Source of the DNA: a virus
Virus record (IMG/VR): IMGVR_UViG_3300036791_000399
Span: 1-64,000 of that record
Reading direction: 5' to 3' (one strand)
Length of the DNA stretch: 64,000 bases
Below, piece by piece: positions 17,863 through 26,988 of this stretch (its first letter is position 1; each line of letters opens with the position of its first letter). A program made the translations under genes and the position numbers. The notes under the pieces are model-generated. The model ran no database searches. It saw only the letters and a list, made by a program, of their open reading frames with translations, and was not told where the DNA came from.

Positions 17863-18417
17863 TTATGGGGAGCGCCAATAGTGAAACTGTCCTCGCTCTT
17901 TCATGGCCGCGATCTCGTAGATACGGGCCGCCTCTTCGGCGGTAGCGAAATATCCAAGATGGCGTTTTACGCCATTGGAGCGTATCTCGGCTTGAAATTT
18001 CCTATTGCGCTGCACCACTCCACGGAACCCAGACTTGCTCTTCGTCTTTCGTTCTTGGTTCCAATTTTGCTCCGTCACTGTCGCCAACCGCAGTTGCTCC
18101 CAGCGATTATCGTTAGGCTTGCGATCCTTGTGATCGATCGTGTTCGGAGGGTCGCGGCCGGTCATCCATTTCCAAATCACGCGATGCGCGAGATAGAGAT
18201 CGCCAGCGATGCCGATTTGGCATTCACCACGCTTTTTGGGCACCCCCGCAGGTTTCCTTGCGTAGCGCGTGTTCCAAATTTTCCAAGCCCTTGTCGTGAC
18301 GAAATGGTCTTGCGGTCGCTGCTTCCATGTCAGCGCGCCATTCTCCGGGTCATAATCGAAACAGGCGCGCAAGAAGTTCTGCGAAGGCAGAATTTTGTTA
18401 GGATAGGAGTTAGGCAT
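17863..18417 (-). CDS. HNH homing endonuclease with AP2-like DNA-binding domain
   Basis: YDPENG, AHRVIW, IDHKD..DNRWEQLR, SGFRGV, HLGYFATAEEAA. Confidence 0.9.
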   Translation of the reverse strand: MPNSYPNKILPSQNFLRACFDYDPENGALTWKQRPQDHFVTTRAWKIWNTRYARKPAGVPKKRGECQIGIAGDLYLAHRVIWKWMTGRDPPNTIDHKDRKPNDNRWEQLRLATVTEQNWNQERKTKSKSGFRGVVQRNRKFQAEIRSNGVKRHLGYFATAEEAARIYEIAAMKERGQFHYWRSP

Positions 18418-18499
18418 CGGAAGATAGCCCTTCTGATGTTCAGAGACGCCGTCGTCCTTGCCGGGAGGCGGCGTCTCGTCAGCTTAGCGGAGTTGAGCT

Positions 18500-19393
18500 A
18501 TGCCAGCTAGCCTCACGCCCAAAGATCATACCTCCGCCGTCCTCAAGCGCATGAACCTCGCCGGGTCGATTCCCGGTAATCTCGACCGGAATAACGATGC
18601 TCAAGCGGACAACTACGGTCTAGCCTCCGCCCGCTCGTCCGACGCTTCCAGTTTTAAACTCACCGGAGCCCCGAAATCGCCTCACATGGGGCGCCCTGGC
18701 AGGCAGGCTGGCGGCCGGATCTCAGGCGATCTTGTCCGCACCCGGCGCACTCCGCGAGAAACCGCCGCCGATATCGCGGACGAAGAGAGGACTGTCCAGG
18801 CGCTCGCCAAGGACCGCGCGACCGGCGGCCGGATCGGGCGCTCGCTCGGCGGCTCGGCGACCGCCAAAGACGAATACACCCAAGCCGGGAGGACGATGAC
18901 CAACGAGGACGCCTCCGGGAAGGATCGATTTACCGGCGGAGATTTCCCTCCCAGCCACGCTAGTGGCGGCCGGGTCGGCCGCGCGCATGGCGGCCGCACC
19001 GCCAAGGGCAAGACCACAGTCAACGTGATCATCGGGGGACAAAAGGCCAATGCGCCGACGCCTCCCATGCCGCCACCGCCGATGGCCGCTCCCGGACCCG
19101 TCGGCCCGCCTCGTCCGCCGCCAGTGATGCCGCCTCCCGGTGGGCCTCCTGGCGGAATGCCGATGGGCGGCGCGCCTCCGGGCATGGCTGGCGCCTCACC
19201 TCCCGGCGCTCCGCCGATGCTCAGAGCGCGCGGGGGGAGGATCGAGGCCGAAACCGCCGGCAGGCACGACTTCGGCAAGGCCGGCGTCCACAGTTTCGGC
19301 AAGGGGGGCACTAGGGCCGGGGTCAGCCTCAAGCGCGAGTACGGATCTGGCAGCGGCCTCGGCCGCATGGAGATCGCGCGCAAGGAGAAATGA
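18500..19393 (+). CDS. Low-complexity head-region protein with multiple AxGG motifs
   Basis: RQAGGRI, RATGGRI, RSLGGS, HASGGRV, RAHGGRT, RARGGRI; KTTVNVII; Pro/Met-rich segment. Confidence 0.75.
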   Translation: MPASLTPKDHTSAVLKRMNLAGSIPGNLDRNNDAQADNYGLASARSSDASSFKLTGAPKSPHMGRPGRQAGGRISGDLVRTRRTPRETAADIADEERTVQALAKDRATGGRIGRSLGGSATAKDEYTQAGRTMTNEDASGKDRFTGGDFPPSHASGGRVGRAHGGRTAKGKTTVNVIIGGQKANAPTPPMPPPPMAAPGPVGPPRPPPVMPPPGGPPGGMPMGGAPPGMAGASPPGAPPMLRARGGRIEAETAGRHDFGKAGVHSFGKGGTRAGVSLKREYGSGSGLGRMEIARKEK

Positions 19394-19611
19394 TGCTCGA
19401 TGCGTCGTCGCTCTATTTCGGGCGCAGGCTCCTGGAGATGATTCAAGAGAAACAACTCGAAATGCAAAAGCCGCTCTTGTCGGGGGCGGCGCTCGATTAC
19501 CCCGACTACAAGGACCGCGCCGGGTATCTGCGGGCCTTAGCCAACGTCGTTAGCTGGATGGAAAAGATCAGCCTGGAGGAGGAAAACACTCGTGGCGCAA
19601 GTAGCCTATAG
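19390..19611 (+). CDS. Small conserved head-module protein
   Basis: LLSGAALDYPDYKDRAGYLRAL; directly before the GroES-like gene. Confidence 0.7.
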   Translation: MMLDASSLYFGRRLLEMIQEKQLEMQKPLLSGAALDYPDYKDRAGYLRALANVVSWMEKISLEEENTRGASSL

Positions 19612-20005
19612 GGTCGTCCATAAAGAGGATCCGCGCGACGCAATCATGCGCGACCTCGGCTCGCTTGATGGCTTTGACATTGCCGCGCAAGGCGTCCTCA
19701 TCGCCACCTACGAGCGCTCCGACGATATCAAAACCGAAGGCAACATCATCCTCCCCCATGCTCATCTGAAAGAGGATGAGTTCCAGTCGCGGGTCGGCTT
19801 GGTGGTGAAGCTCGGCCGGCGCGCCTTCGTCGATGACGAGCATATCCAGTGGCACGGCTTCCGCTGCGACGTCGGTGATTGGGTCGTCTACCGGCTGTCC
19901 GAGGGCATCAAGATGCAGATCCCCGGCCCTGGCGGGGTCAAGTGTCGCTTGATGTCCGATGCCTACCTCAAGCTCAAGGTTTCTCATCCAGATGCCGTAT
20001 TCTGA
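19592..20005 (+). CDS. GroES-like co-chaperonin
   Basis: KTEGNIILP mobile loop, VGLVVKLG, CDVGDWVVY, RLMSD. Confidence 0.8.
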   Translation: MAQVAYRVVHKEDPRDAIMRDLGSLDGFDIAAQGVLIATYERSDDIKTEGNIILPHAHLKEDEFQSRVGLVVKLGRRAFVDDEHIQWHGFRCDVGDWVVYRLSEGIKMQIPGPGGVKCRLMSDAYLKLKVSHPDAVF

Positions 20006-20007
20006 AA

Positions 20008-20538
20008 ATGGAGCATATCTCGATCCATTTCTTATCCGAGTGCTTTGAGCATCAAGGCGACGGAGTTCTGTTGTGGAAAGCGCGCCCAAGGGCGCACTTC
20101 TTCTCAGATTCATCTTGTCTGAAGTGGAACCGCAAATACGCGGGAACGATAGCGGGAATAAGCAAACAAGGTCGTGGATATCATCAGATTGGTTTGACGT
20201 ATCAAGGACAACGACGTGGTCTTTTAGTCCATCGCGTAATCTGGGCGCTGTCGAATGGCCGGTGGCCAAACGAAATCGATCATCGCAATGGTGATCGTGG
20301 CGATAATCAGATCAGTAATCTTCGCGAGGCGGATCGATCTCAACAGATGCAAAACCAGCATCCGAAGAGGCTCATTGGCGCGTCTGAGGATCGCCGAGAT
20401 GGAAGATTCCAAGCTTACATAAACTTGCGAGGAAAGCGGACGGCGCTTGGTCGATATGAGACAGCCGAGCAAGCGCACGCTGCTTATCTCGTCGCCAAAA
20501 AACGGCTGCATTCTTTCCAGCCTGAATTTCGAGATTGA
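20008..20538 (+). CDS. HNH homing endonuclease with AP2-like C-terminus
   Basis: VHRVIWAL, EIDHRNGDRGDNQISNLR, LGRYETAEQAHAAY; AT-richer DNA. Confidence 0.9.
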   Translation: MEHISIHFLSECFEHQGDGVLLWKARPRAHFFSDSSCLKWNRKYAGTIAGISKQGRGYHQIGLTYQGQRRGLLVHRVIWALSNGRWPNEIDHRNGDRGDNQISNLREADRSQQMQNQHPKRLIGASEDRRDGRFQAYINLRGKRTALGRYETAEQAHAAYLVAKKRLHSFQPEFRD

Positions 20539-21518
20539 TGCGGGATGTACTGATGCCGATCGACGACGAAGACACAGCCAAGGCGCAAAAGGATCACGGG
20601 AGCTACTTCGCGGCGTCGACCCAGGATGATGAAGGTCCGGAGACTCGCTACGAGCCGATCGAGGTCGACCTCAGTCAGCCGGAACCGAAGAAGGGCGAGA
20701 CCGGGCGCGACACTGGCGCCGCGGCCGAAGAGCTTCGTGCGCAGCTAAGGCAGGCGCAAAACGCCGCCCAGGCGGCTCAGCGCATGGCCCAGGAGCAGAG
20801 CCAAAGGGCGGCGCTCGCCGAGCAGCGCGCCCAGGGCTCGACGGTCAGCATGATCGATTCGGCGCTTGAGGCCGCGCAGGTCACTGCCGCCAACGCCAAG
20901 GCTAAGTTCCAGGCCGCGCTCGACGCCGCGGACAGTGCAGCCGCTGCCCAGGCGCAGGAAGAATTGTCCGACGCTCGGCATAACCTGCTGCGCCTGCAGG
21001 AACACCGCGCCATGACAGCGGCGGAGGTCCGCCAGCCGCCCCCGCAGCGGCAGCAGCCGCAACTGAACTCAGTCGACCAAATGGCGAGCAATCTCGTTGA
21101 AAGCGGTTACCCGCGATCGGCGGACTGGCTTCGCGCCCACCCGGACTGGGCGGCGCGCGGCGACTTGCTCGACCGGATTGCGACCGCCGACCGGCACCTC
21201 GTCAACAACAAGGGCTTCGTGCGCGAGACGGATGAGTATTTCGACGCCCTGGAGAATGAGCTTGGGATGAGATCACAGCAGCAGCAACGAACCCCTGGCG
21301 CGGATTACAGCCACGTCCAGCGTCGGACGCCGCCGGCCGCGGCGCCGACCTCCAACAACGCGGTGAGCTTGCGCACCGGTCAGCCGATGATGCGTTCGCA
21401 CGTCCCGCTCACGCCAGCGATGCGCGAGGCGGCCGAGCTTAGCGGCATGTCCGAGCGCGAGTACGCCAAGGAGTTCGAAGAGGCCAGAGTGGCTGGCAAA
21501 TTGATAGGTTACCGATGA
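20535..21518 (+). CDS. Putative scaffolding protein
   Basis: Acidic N-terminus, Ala/Gln coiled coil, TDEYFDALE, C-terminal LTPAMREAAELSGMSEREYAK; upstream of capsid genes. Confidence 0.7.
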   Translation: MMRDVLMPIDDEDTAKAQKDHGSYFAASTQDDEGPETRYEPIEVDLSQPEPKKGETGRDTGAAAEELRAQLRQAQNAAQAAQRMAQEQSQRAALAEQRAQGSTVSMIDSALEAAQVTAANAKAKFQAALDAADSAAAAQAQEELSDARHNLLRLQEHRAMTAAEVRQPPPQRQQPQLNSVDQMASNLVESGYPRSADWLRAHPDWAARGDLLDRIATADRHLVNNKGFVRETDEYFDALENELGMRSQQQQRTPGADYSHVQRRTPPAAAPTSNNAVSLRTGQPMMRSHVPLTPAMREAAELSGMSEREYAKEFEEARVAGKLIGYR

Positions 21519-22078
21519 CTGACGCTCCCACTACGCACGTCCCCAACAATCGAGTCGGCAACAAAGAGACTGTCCGGAGCGCGGACGAGGTCGCCTCGGC
21601 CAAGCCGCAGATCATCGACCACGAAGCTCGGGCTCGCGCTCGCGTCGCCGAAATCAGGGCCATTCATGGTGACGATGACTTCAGTGAGGTCTACGTCGAC
21701 AAGTGGTTTGCCGAAGCGCCTCCCGGCTGGACGTATAACTGGAAGACCCACAGCGTCTGGAATAAGGAGTATCCGCAATACCTTAGTGCGCTGCAGCACA
21801 CGGGCTGGAGTCCGGTTCCGGCGCATCGCGTGCGGCACCTCCTCTATCCGGAGTACGAGGGCGAGAACGTGATTCTTGACGGGATGATCCTGATGGAGCG
21901 CCCGAGGGAGTTGACAGATCGCGTAATCCAGCGTGAATATCGCCGCGCTGTGGATGTAGTGCGTAGTTCTGAGCGAAAGCTTTCGGATGCGCCGGCTGGT
22001 ACGGCGCCCAGAACTGCCTTCGCAGAAACCTCGCCGCGAGTTCGCGGCCACGTCGGTCCCGTCGAAATCGACGGCTAA
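21515..22078 (+). CDS. Conserved head-module hypothetical protein
   Basis: PPGWTYNWK..GWSPV..GMILMERP. Confidence 0.75.
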   Translation: MTDAPTTHVPNNRVGNKETVRSADEVASAKPQIIDHEARARARVAEIRAIHGDDDFSEVYVDKWFAEAPPGWTYNWKTHSVWNKEYPQYLSALQHTGWSPVPAHRVRHLLYPEYEGENVILDGMILMERPRELTDRVIQREYRRAVDVVRSSERKLSDAPAGTAPRTAFAETSPRVRGHVGPVEIDG

Positions 22079-22087
22079 CCGGCAAAA

Positions 22088-22189
22088 CGGCGGCCCCTTG
22101 GCGCTCTCGGGGTCACCGACAATCTGATGTCATCGGCGGCGCTCGCTTGATGACGAACCTTCCAACCCTCACGGGAGAAGTTCGTCATG
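22088..22189 (+). promoter_or_regulatory. Structured 5' leader of the capsid operon
   Basis: Two hairpins with GCGCT loops; ATGACGAAC (22150-22158) complementary to GTTCGTCAT (22180-22188) over the start codon. Confidence 0.5.
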
Positions 22190-22822
22190 GCGAACATATT
22201 TGCGCCCTTCGGTTTCGCGGAGTCTCACCGTCTCGGGGCCGCGCCCACCTATCAGATGTCGAAGCGCTGGATTAACCCAGCGAGCGCCGTTCCGATCTAT
22301 TTTGGCGACCCCGTCATCCAGACGTCGTCCGGTTATGTCGCCCAGGCGGCTCCGGCGGGCCAAGTCAGCGGCGTCTTCGCCGGCTGCGAGTACGTCTCGA
22401 AAGCAGCCAAGAAGATCATCTGGAGCCCCTGGTGGCCGGGGATCCCTAGCGACGTCGTGACCGGCGGCCAGGGCTTCGACGTCAACGCCAAGGTGATCGA
22501 CGATCCGGCGATCGTCTTCAGGGTCCAGGCGAACGGTCAGATGACGGTGGGGATGATTGGCCTCAACGCCACGTTCACCTTCGGACTGGCCGCGGTTGCC
22601 GCCCCCGGCACCAATCCCGCGCCCAATCAGATGAGCGGCATTAGCAACATCGCTCTCGATATCACGCAGACCGTGCCGGCGGTCACCGCCACCTTGCCGT
22701 TCCGCATTGTCGACATCATCCGCGACCCGCCTGGGGTGAACGGGACAGATATCACAACGCCTTACAGTTGGGCGTTCGTGACCTTCAACAACCAGGACTT
22801 CAAGATCACAACCGGTATCTGA
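22187..22822 (+). CDS. Capsid decoration or minor capsid protein
   Basis: MANIFAPFGF, IYFGDPV, GVFAGCEY, DDP..F; immediately upstream of MCP. Confidence 0.7.
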   Translation: MANIFAPFGFAESHRLGAAPTYQMSKRWINPASAVPIYFGDPVIQTSSGYVAQAAPAGQVSGVFAGCEYVSKAAKKIIWSPWWPGIPSDVVTGGQGFDVNAKVIDDPAIVFRVQANGQMTVGMIGLNATFTFGLAAVAAPGTNPAPNQMSGISNIALDITQTVPAVTATLPFRIVDIIRDPPGVNGTDITTPYSWAFVTFNNQDFKITTGI

Positions 22823-22867
22823 CGCACTGACGGAGCAGGCTAACCGTCATAGGATTGGAGAAGTAAC

Positions 22868-23782
22868 ATGGCCGTCTCCGTCGCCCAGGCGTACGATCTA
22901 ATGTTTCCTGGCCTGCGCAAGGTCGCAGGGGAATATAAGGATATCGACCGGATCTATCCAAAGATCTATGCGGTCGATAAGTCCTACATGGCTGTCGAAC
23001 GTACAGCGTCGATGCGCTTTCTAAGTCTTGCAGGCTTGAAGAATGAAGGCGCACCGACGATCTTCGATAATCAAGCCGGTGAACGGTATATCTACAATCA
23101 ATACCACAAGGAGATTGGATTAGGATATGCGTTCACCAGAAGGATGGTGGACGACAACTTATATAAGAGACAATGGCGTCCATCTAATCTTGGTCTACAG
23201 AAGTCATTTAACCAGACCAAGGAGATTTACGGCGCAACTCCACTGAACACCGCGACGACCTACGACCCGTCGGTGCTCGGCGATCAGCAGCCGCTCTGCT
23301 CCCTCAACCATCCGATCGACGGCGCGGTTGTTCCTAACCGGTTCACCCTCGATATGGATCTCAACGAGGCCTCGCTGCTTAACGCCCAGGCCTCGATCCG
23401 CGGCCAGTTCCGCGACAATGCCGGTCTGCGTATGCAGGCGCGAGCGAAACGCCTAGTCGTTCCCATCGCTCTTGAGCCTATAGCCATTCGGCTCCTCAAG
23501 ACTGTCCTAAGACCAGGAACCTCAGACAACGACGTCAACGCGATCCTTGAGACGTCAGGCGGCATTCCGGACGGGTATCTTGTTCACGATTACCTGACCT
23601 CGCCGACTTTCTGGTTCATCCTTACCGATCAGGAAGGCTTGCTGTACTTGCAGCGCGTACCGTTCGAAATGTCAATGCAGGTCGACTTCACGACAGACAA
23701 TCTACTTGTGAAGGGCTACGAGCGGTATAGTTTCGGGTACTTCGACTTTAGAGCAATCTGGGGCTCATTCCCGACGCAGTAA
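22868..23782 (+). CDS. Major capsid protein
   Basis: 304 aa; LMFPGL, KNEG, DDNLY, LCSLNHP, LVVPIAL, DNDVN, YLTSPTFWF, ERYSFG. Confidence 0.9.
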   Translation: MAVSVAQAYDLMFPGLRKVAGEYKDIDRIYPKIYAVDKSYMAVERTASMRFLSLAGLKNEGAPTIFDNQAGERYIYNQYHKEIGLGYAFTRRMVDDNLYKRQWRPSNLGLQKSFNQTKEIYGATPLNTATTYDPSVLGDQQPLCSLNHPIDGAVVPNRFTLDMDLNEASLLNAQASIRGQFRDNAGLRMQARAKRLVVPIALEPIAIRLLKTVLRPGTSDNDVNAILETSGGIPDGYLVHDYLTSPTFWFILTDQEGLLYLQRVPFEMSMQVDFTTDNLLVKGYERYSFGYFDFRAIWGSFPTQ

Positions 23783-23806
23783 CTGTAGCGGGAAGGAGTA
23801 AGACTT

Positions 23807-24343
23807 ATGGATATCACTCCTGGACTTGGTAATCTCCAACTAGTCGGGCAACCGACGTATGCCGCTGGCAACACGTTCAGCGGCCCGGTGATCGCTGGGT
23901 CGATCAAGAATAGCTCGGGCCCAAGCTCGCTTCCGGCTGGAGCCGGCGGAATGCAAGGCCTCGCCAACGCCGGCTATGCCGAGATGGGCCAGTCGGCGGC
24001 TATCACCCAGGCGGCTGGCGCCGTTGGCACGCCAATCGTCATTCCTGGGCAAAGCCAGATCCTCTCGATCACCCTGATGGTGACGGCGGCCTGGACCGGC
24101 GGGGCGACCACCGTGTCGGTCGGGCGCACGGGCGGCGGTGTTGCTGATCTGGTCGCGCTGACGGCGGCTGCGGCGCTCGGGCAGCTTGCGCTCCTGCCCG
24201 GTACGGTCGCAGCGGCGGTTGCGCTCTGGAACGACGTCGGCAACGCCGACATGCAGATCACGGTGAACTCGGCCAACGCTGGCGCCGGCGCCGGCATCTT
24301 GACCGTCCGCTATCTGCAAGGGATCAACATGACCGCCGGATAA
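23807..24343 (+). CDS. Putative head structural protein
   Basis: TFSGPV N-terminal motif; IVIPGQSQI; beta-rich; follows MCP. Confidence 0.7.
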   Translation: MDITPGLGNLQLVGQPTYAAGNTFSGPVIAGSIKNSSGPSSLPAGAGGMQGLANAGYAEMGQSAAITQAAGAVGTPIVIPGQSQILSITLMVTAAWTGGATTVSVGRTGGGVADLVALTAAAALGQLALLPGTVAAAVALWNDVGNADMQITVNSANAGAGAGILTVRYLQGINMTAG

Positions 24344-24362
24344 CCGGTGTAAGGAGGTTTCC

Positions 24363-24758
24363 ATGAGCGGTGGTGAAGAAGGTCGAGCATACCGGGCGAG
24401 AGGCGGCGTAGTCTTCGCCGGCAAGGGCTCGCAGCCGCTGAAGCGCTTTAAATCCACGAGCCATCCATCCATCGCGGTCGATGCTTCGACGAAGCGCGGC
24501 GCAGGGCCGCTGTTCCGAAAGCGCGGCGGACGGCTCCCCGAGGCCTTTAAGGAGCACGAGGGGGATCCGGAGGAGGGTCGCGAGGAGAAGGCGACGGGCG
24601 GCGGGATCTCAGGCGGCGCTGCGAAGCCGAGCATGGGGCGCGCGGGGCGCAAGGTCGGAGGCGGCGTCGGCGCCGACTGTTCCCCGCTGACGCACGCGCA
24701 GACCCCTTCGAAGCCGAAGGGCCGAAAGCTCATGGGCGAAGGCGAGAAGACTCCGTAG
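24363..24758 (+). CDS. Small basic protein with AxGG motifs
   Basis: YRARGGV, RKRGGRL, KATGGGI, KPSMGRAGRKVGGGV, CSPLT. Confidence 0.7.
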   Translation: MSGGEEGRAYRARGGVVFAGKGSQPLKRFKSTSHPSIAVDASTKRGAGPLFRKRGGRLPEAFKEHEGDPEEGREEKATGGGISGGAAKPSMGRAGRKVGGGVGADCSPLTHAQTPSKPKGRKLMGEGEKTP

Positions 24759-24877
24759 TCATTTGGTTGACCCTTCCCCTCTGCCTCAAACAGGAGCGGG
24801 GTCGTTTCGCTGGAAACCATCAGGCGCCGCTGTCTTCTCCGCATGAGGGCAGCGGCGATTTTCGTAGGAGACGGCAA

Positions 24878-25225
24878 ATGCGCCCAATTAGCGTCACCGT
24901 CGGCCCCGGCACCACCCCGCTTACGAGCGCTCCGATCAGGCTCGACGAGTGGGCGGATGCGCAACTCGGCGTCCAGGTAGCGCCGATCGGCACGGCCAAT
25001 TTCACCGTCCAGACGAGCTTCGACGAAGGGCCGGATTCGCTTGTCAATCCGATCCCGGTGGGCTCGATGGTCTGGGATTCGACCTTGCTCCCGGCAGGGG
25101 CTGTAGCCGGTTCGGCCGCGATTTCGTTCACGCTCCTGGCCTCGCCGCTGTGGATCAGGCTCGTGCTGAATAGCGGCACGGGCTCGGCGCGGATGAATGT
25201 CGTTCAGTACGACAACGGGGCGTGA
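24878..25225 (+). CDS. Putative virion structural protein
   Basis: RBS AGGAG; MRPISVTV..NFTVQTSFD..IRLVLNSGTGS. Confidence 0.7.
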   Translation: MRPISVTVGPGTTPLTSAPIRLDEWADAQLGVQVAPIGTANFTVQTSFDEGPDSLVNPIPVGSMVWDSTLLPAGAVAGSAAISFTLLASPLWIRLVLNSGTGSARMNVVQYDNGA

Positions 25226-25524
25226 TGATGAATAATTCGACGCTTGAGATCACCGAGGGCGATCGTCAGATCAGCGAGATCGCAGGCGCCGTTGGCGCGC
25301 TCTCCGTTCACATTGCTGCCGATGATGGCGGGTGGATGGTCGCCGACTCGATCGGCCCGCCGGTTTCGGAGGCGATTATCTGGGCGGCGCCCTACGATAG
25401 CGCTTACGTCGCGAGCGGCGCGGTAGTTCGTCTCGACTTTCCAGTTCAGAAGGGTCTTTGGCTTCGCGTGCCGCTTGGCGGAGTGTGCTCGATCTCGTGG
25501 GATGGACCGGCGACGCCCAAATGA
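25222..25524 (+). CDS. Putative virion structural protein
   Basis: Coupled ORF in structural operon. Confidence 0.6.
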   Translation: MMMNNSTLEITEGDRQISEIAGAVGALSVHIAADDGGWMVADSIGPPVSEAIIWAAPYDSAYVASGAVVRLDFPVQKGLWLRVPLGGVCSISWDGPATPK

Positions 25525-26210
25525 GCCTCACCCTCACCAACACCTTCGACTTCGCCCCTTCGGCCGGCGAATGCGTCCTCAATGCGCTTTCGCGCATCCA
25601 GATCCGCGGCCCAATGGTGAAGACCGAAATGCTGCACATGGCGGCGATGGAGGCCAACCTGATGCAGGTCGAGTGGTCGAATCGGGGTCCGAACCTGTGG
25701 ACGGTCGATGAGCAGGAGATCGAAACCGAGGCGGCGTTCGCCACCTACCCCGTCGACCCCTCGACGATCGCCGTCCTGGAGGTGACCCTCGGCCAGGGCA
25801 GTCCGCCCAACGAAACAGAGATCATGCTGACTTCGATCTCGCGCACCCAGTACATGTCTTATCCGAACAAGGCCTTGCCGGGGCGTCCGACAGTCTATTG
25901 GTTCGACATCCTGATCGCGCCGACGATCACTCTGTGGCCGGTCCCTGATCAGGTCTACAATCTGCACTTCAGCCGCTATCGCCAGCAAATGGACGCGACG
26001 TTGCGTAACGCCGGCAATTTTGAGGCGCCCTACCGGTGGCTCGATGCGGCGAGCGCGGGCTTAGCGCACCGGCTGGCGCGTCATTACGCGCCTGGATTGG
26101 AGCAGCAGCGCAAAGCGGATTACGTCGAGGCCTACGGCCATGCCGCGGCGCGCGACAAGGAGAACGCGCCGGTCTTCATCAGCCCGATGTTGGAGTTCTA
26201 CAGCGCGTGA
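25521..26210 (+). CDS. Head-tail adaptor
   Basis: EWSNRGPNLW, ISRTQYMSYPNK..GRP, LWPVPD, PYRWLDA..GLA. Confidence 0.75.
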   Translation: MSLTLTNTFDFAPSAGECVLNALSRIQIRGPMVKTEMLHMAAMEANLMQVEWSNRGPNLWTVDEQEIETEAAFATYPVDPSTIAVLEVTLGQGSPPNETEIMLTSISRTQYMSYPNKALPGRPTVYWFDILIAPTITLWPVPDQVYNLHFSRYRQQMDATLRNAGNFEAPYRWLDAASAGLAHRLARHYAPGLEQQRKADYVEAYGHAAARDKENAPVFISPMLEFYSA

Positions 26211-26219
26211 GGAGAGACT

Positions 26220-26594
26220 ATGGCTTGGGCTTCACGCTCTGGGAGGGCCGTCACTAATCCTGAACACCCGCGGGCGTTCGCCGTCTGCGATAATTGCCGC
26301 TTTTGGTACAACCATAACAAGCTGAAATGGCAGCGCGAGTGGCAGGGCACTCAGATCATCAACAAGGGCTTCCTGGTCTGCGAGGGATGTCTCGACAAGC
26401 CCAATCCGCAGCTTAAGGCGCGGTTGATGCCGCCGGATCCGGTGCCGATCGCCAATCCGCGGCCCGAGATCAACATCTACCCGCTCGACGTCTTTCATGT
26501 TGGAGTCGAAACGACTCCGCGCGCCGCGGTCGCGACCGAAACGGACGCCTCTCGCAACTGGCCAGCCGGCGCGCCGATGGAAATTGAGGATTAA
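26220..26594 (+). CDS. Conserved CxxC-CxxC protein of the neck module
   Basis: AFAVCDNC..LVCEGCLDKPNPQL..DPVPIANPRP. Confidence 0.75.
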   Translation: MAWASRSGRAVTNPEHPRAFAVCDNCRFWYNHNKLKWQREWQGTQIINKGFLVCEGCLDKPNPQLKARLMPPDPVPIANPRPEINIYPLDVFHVGVETTPRAAVATETDASRNWPAGAPMEIED

Positions 26595-26595
26595 T

Positions 26596-26988
26596 ATGTC
26601 TAGTTGGAAACATGGACAAGCTCCTCAAGGAGCAGGGAAGCCTGAGACGAAGGAATATCGTGCGTGGCGCAATATGATACGGCGCTGCACCGAAATAAAT
26701 AACGCGAGCTATTCTTATTACGGCCCGCGAGGAATTTCGGTGTGCGAGCGCTGGCGGAATGATTTTATTACGTTTCTGGCGGATATTGGTAAGGCACCAT
26801 CTCAACAACATTGGCTCGATCGTATTAATGGTGACGGCAATTACGAGCCGGGGAATGTACGCTGGGTAACTCCGGCAGAATCTGCCCGTAACAGGCGTGG
26901 AAATTATCACACGCCAAAGAGAGAGGAAGCGGTGAAGAAGTGGCGGGAGGCTGGGCCAAGAGCGCGCCGCAGGGAGCTTCAGCCGTGA
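26596..26988 (+). CDS. HNH-type homing endonuclease
   Basis: [41 protein letters not shown]; AT-richer DNA. Confidence 0.85.
   Translation: MSSWKHGQAPQGAGKPETKEYRAWRNMIRRCTEINNASYSYYGPRGISVCERWRNDFITFLADIGKAPSQQHWLDRINGDGNYEPGNVRWVTPAESARNRRGNYHTPKREEAVKKWREAGPRARRRELQP

Noticed and set aside
17791-18510. 239-aa + strand ORF, and similarly 33901..34317
   Set aside because: Antisense shadow of a clear HNH gene
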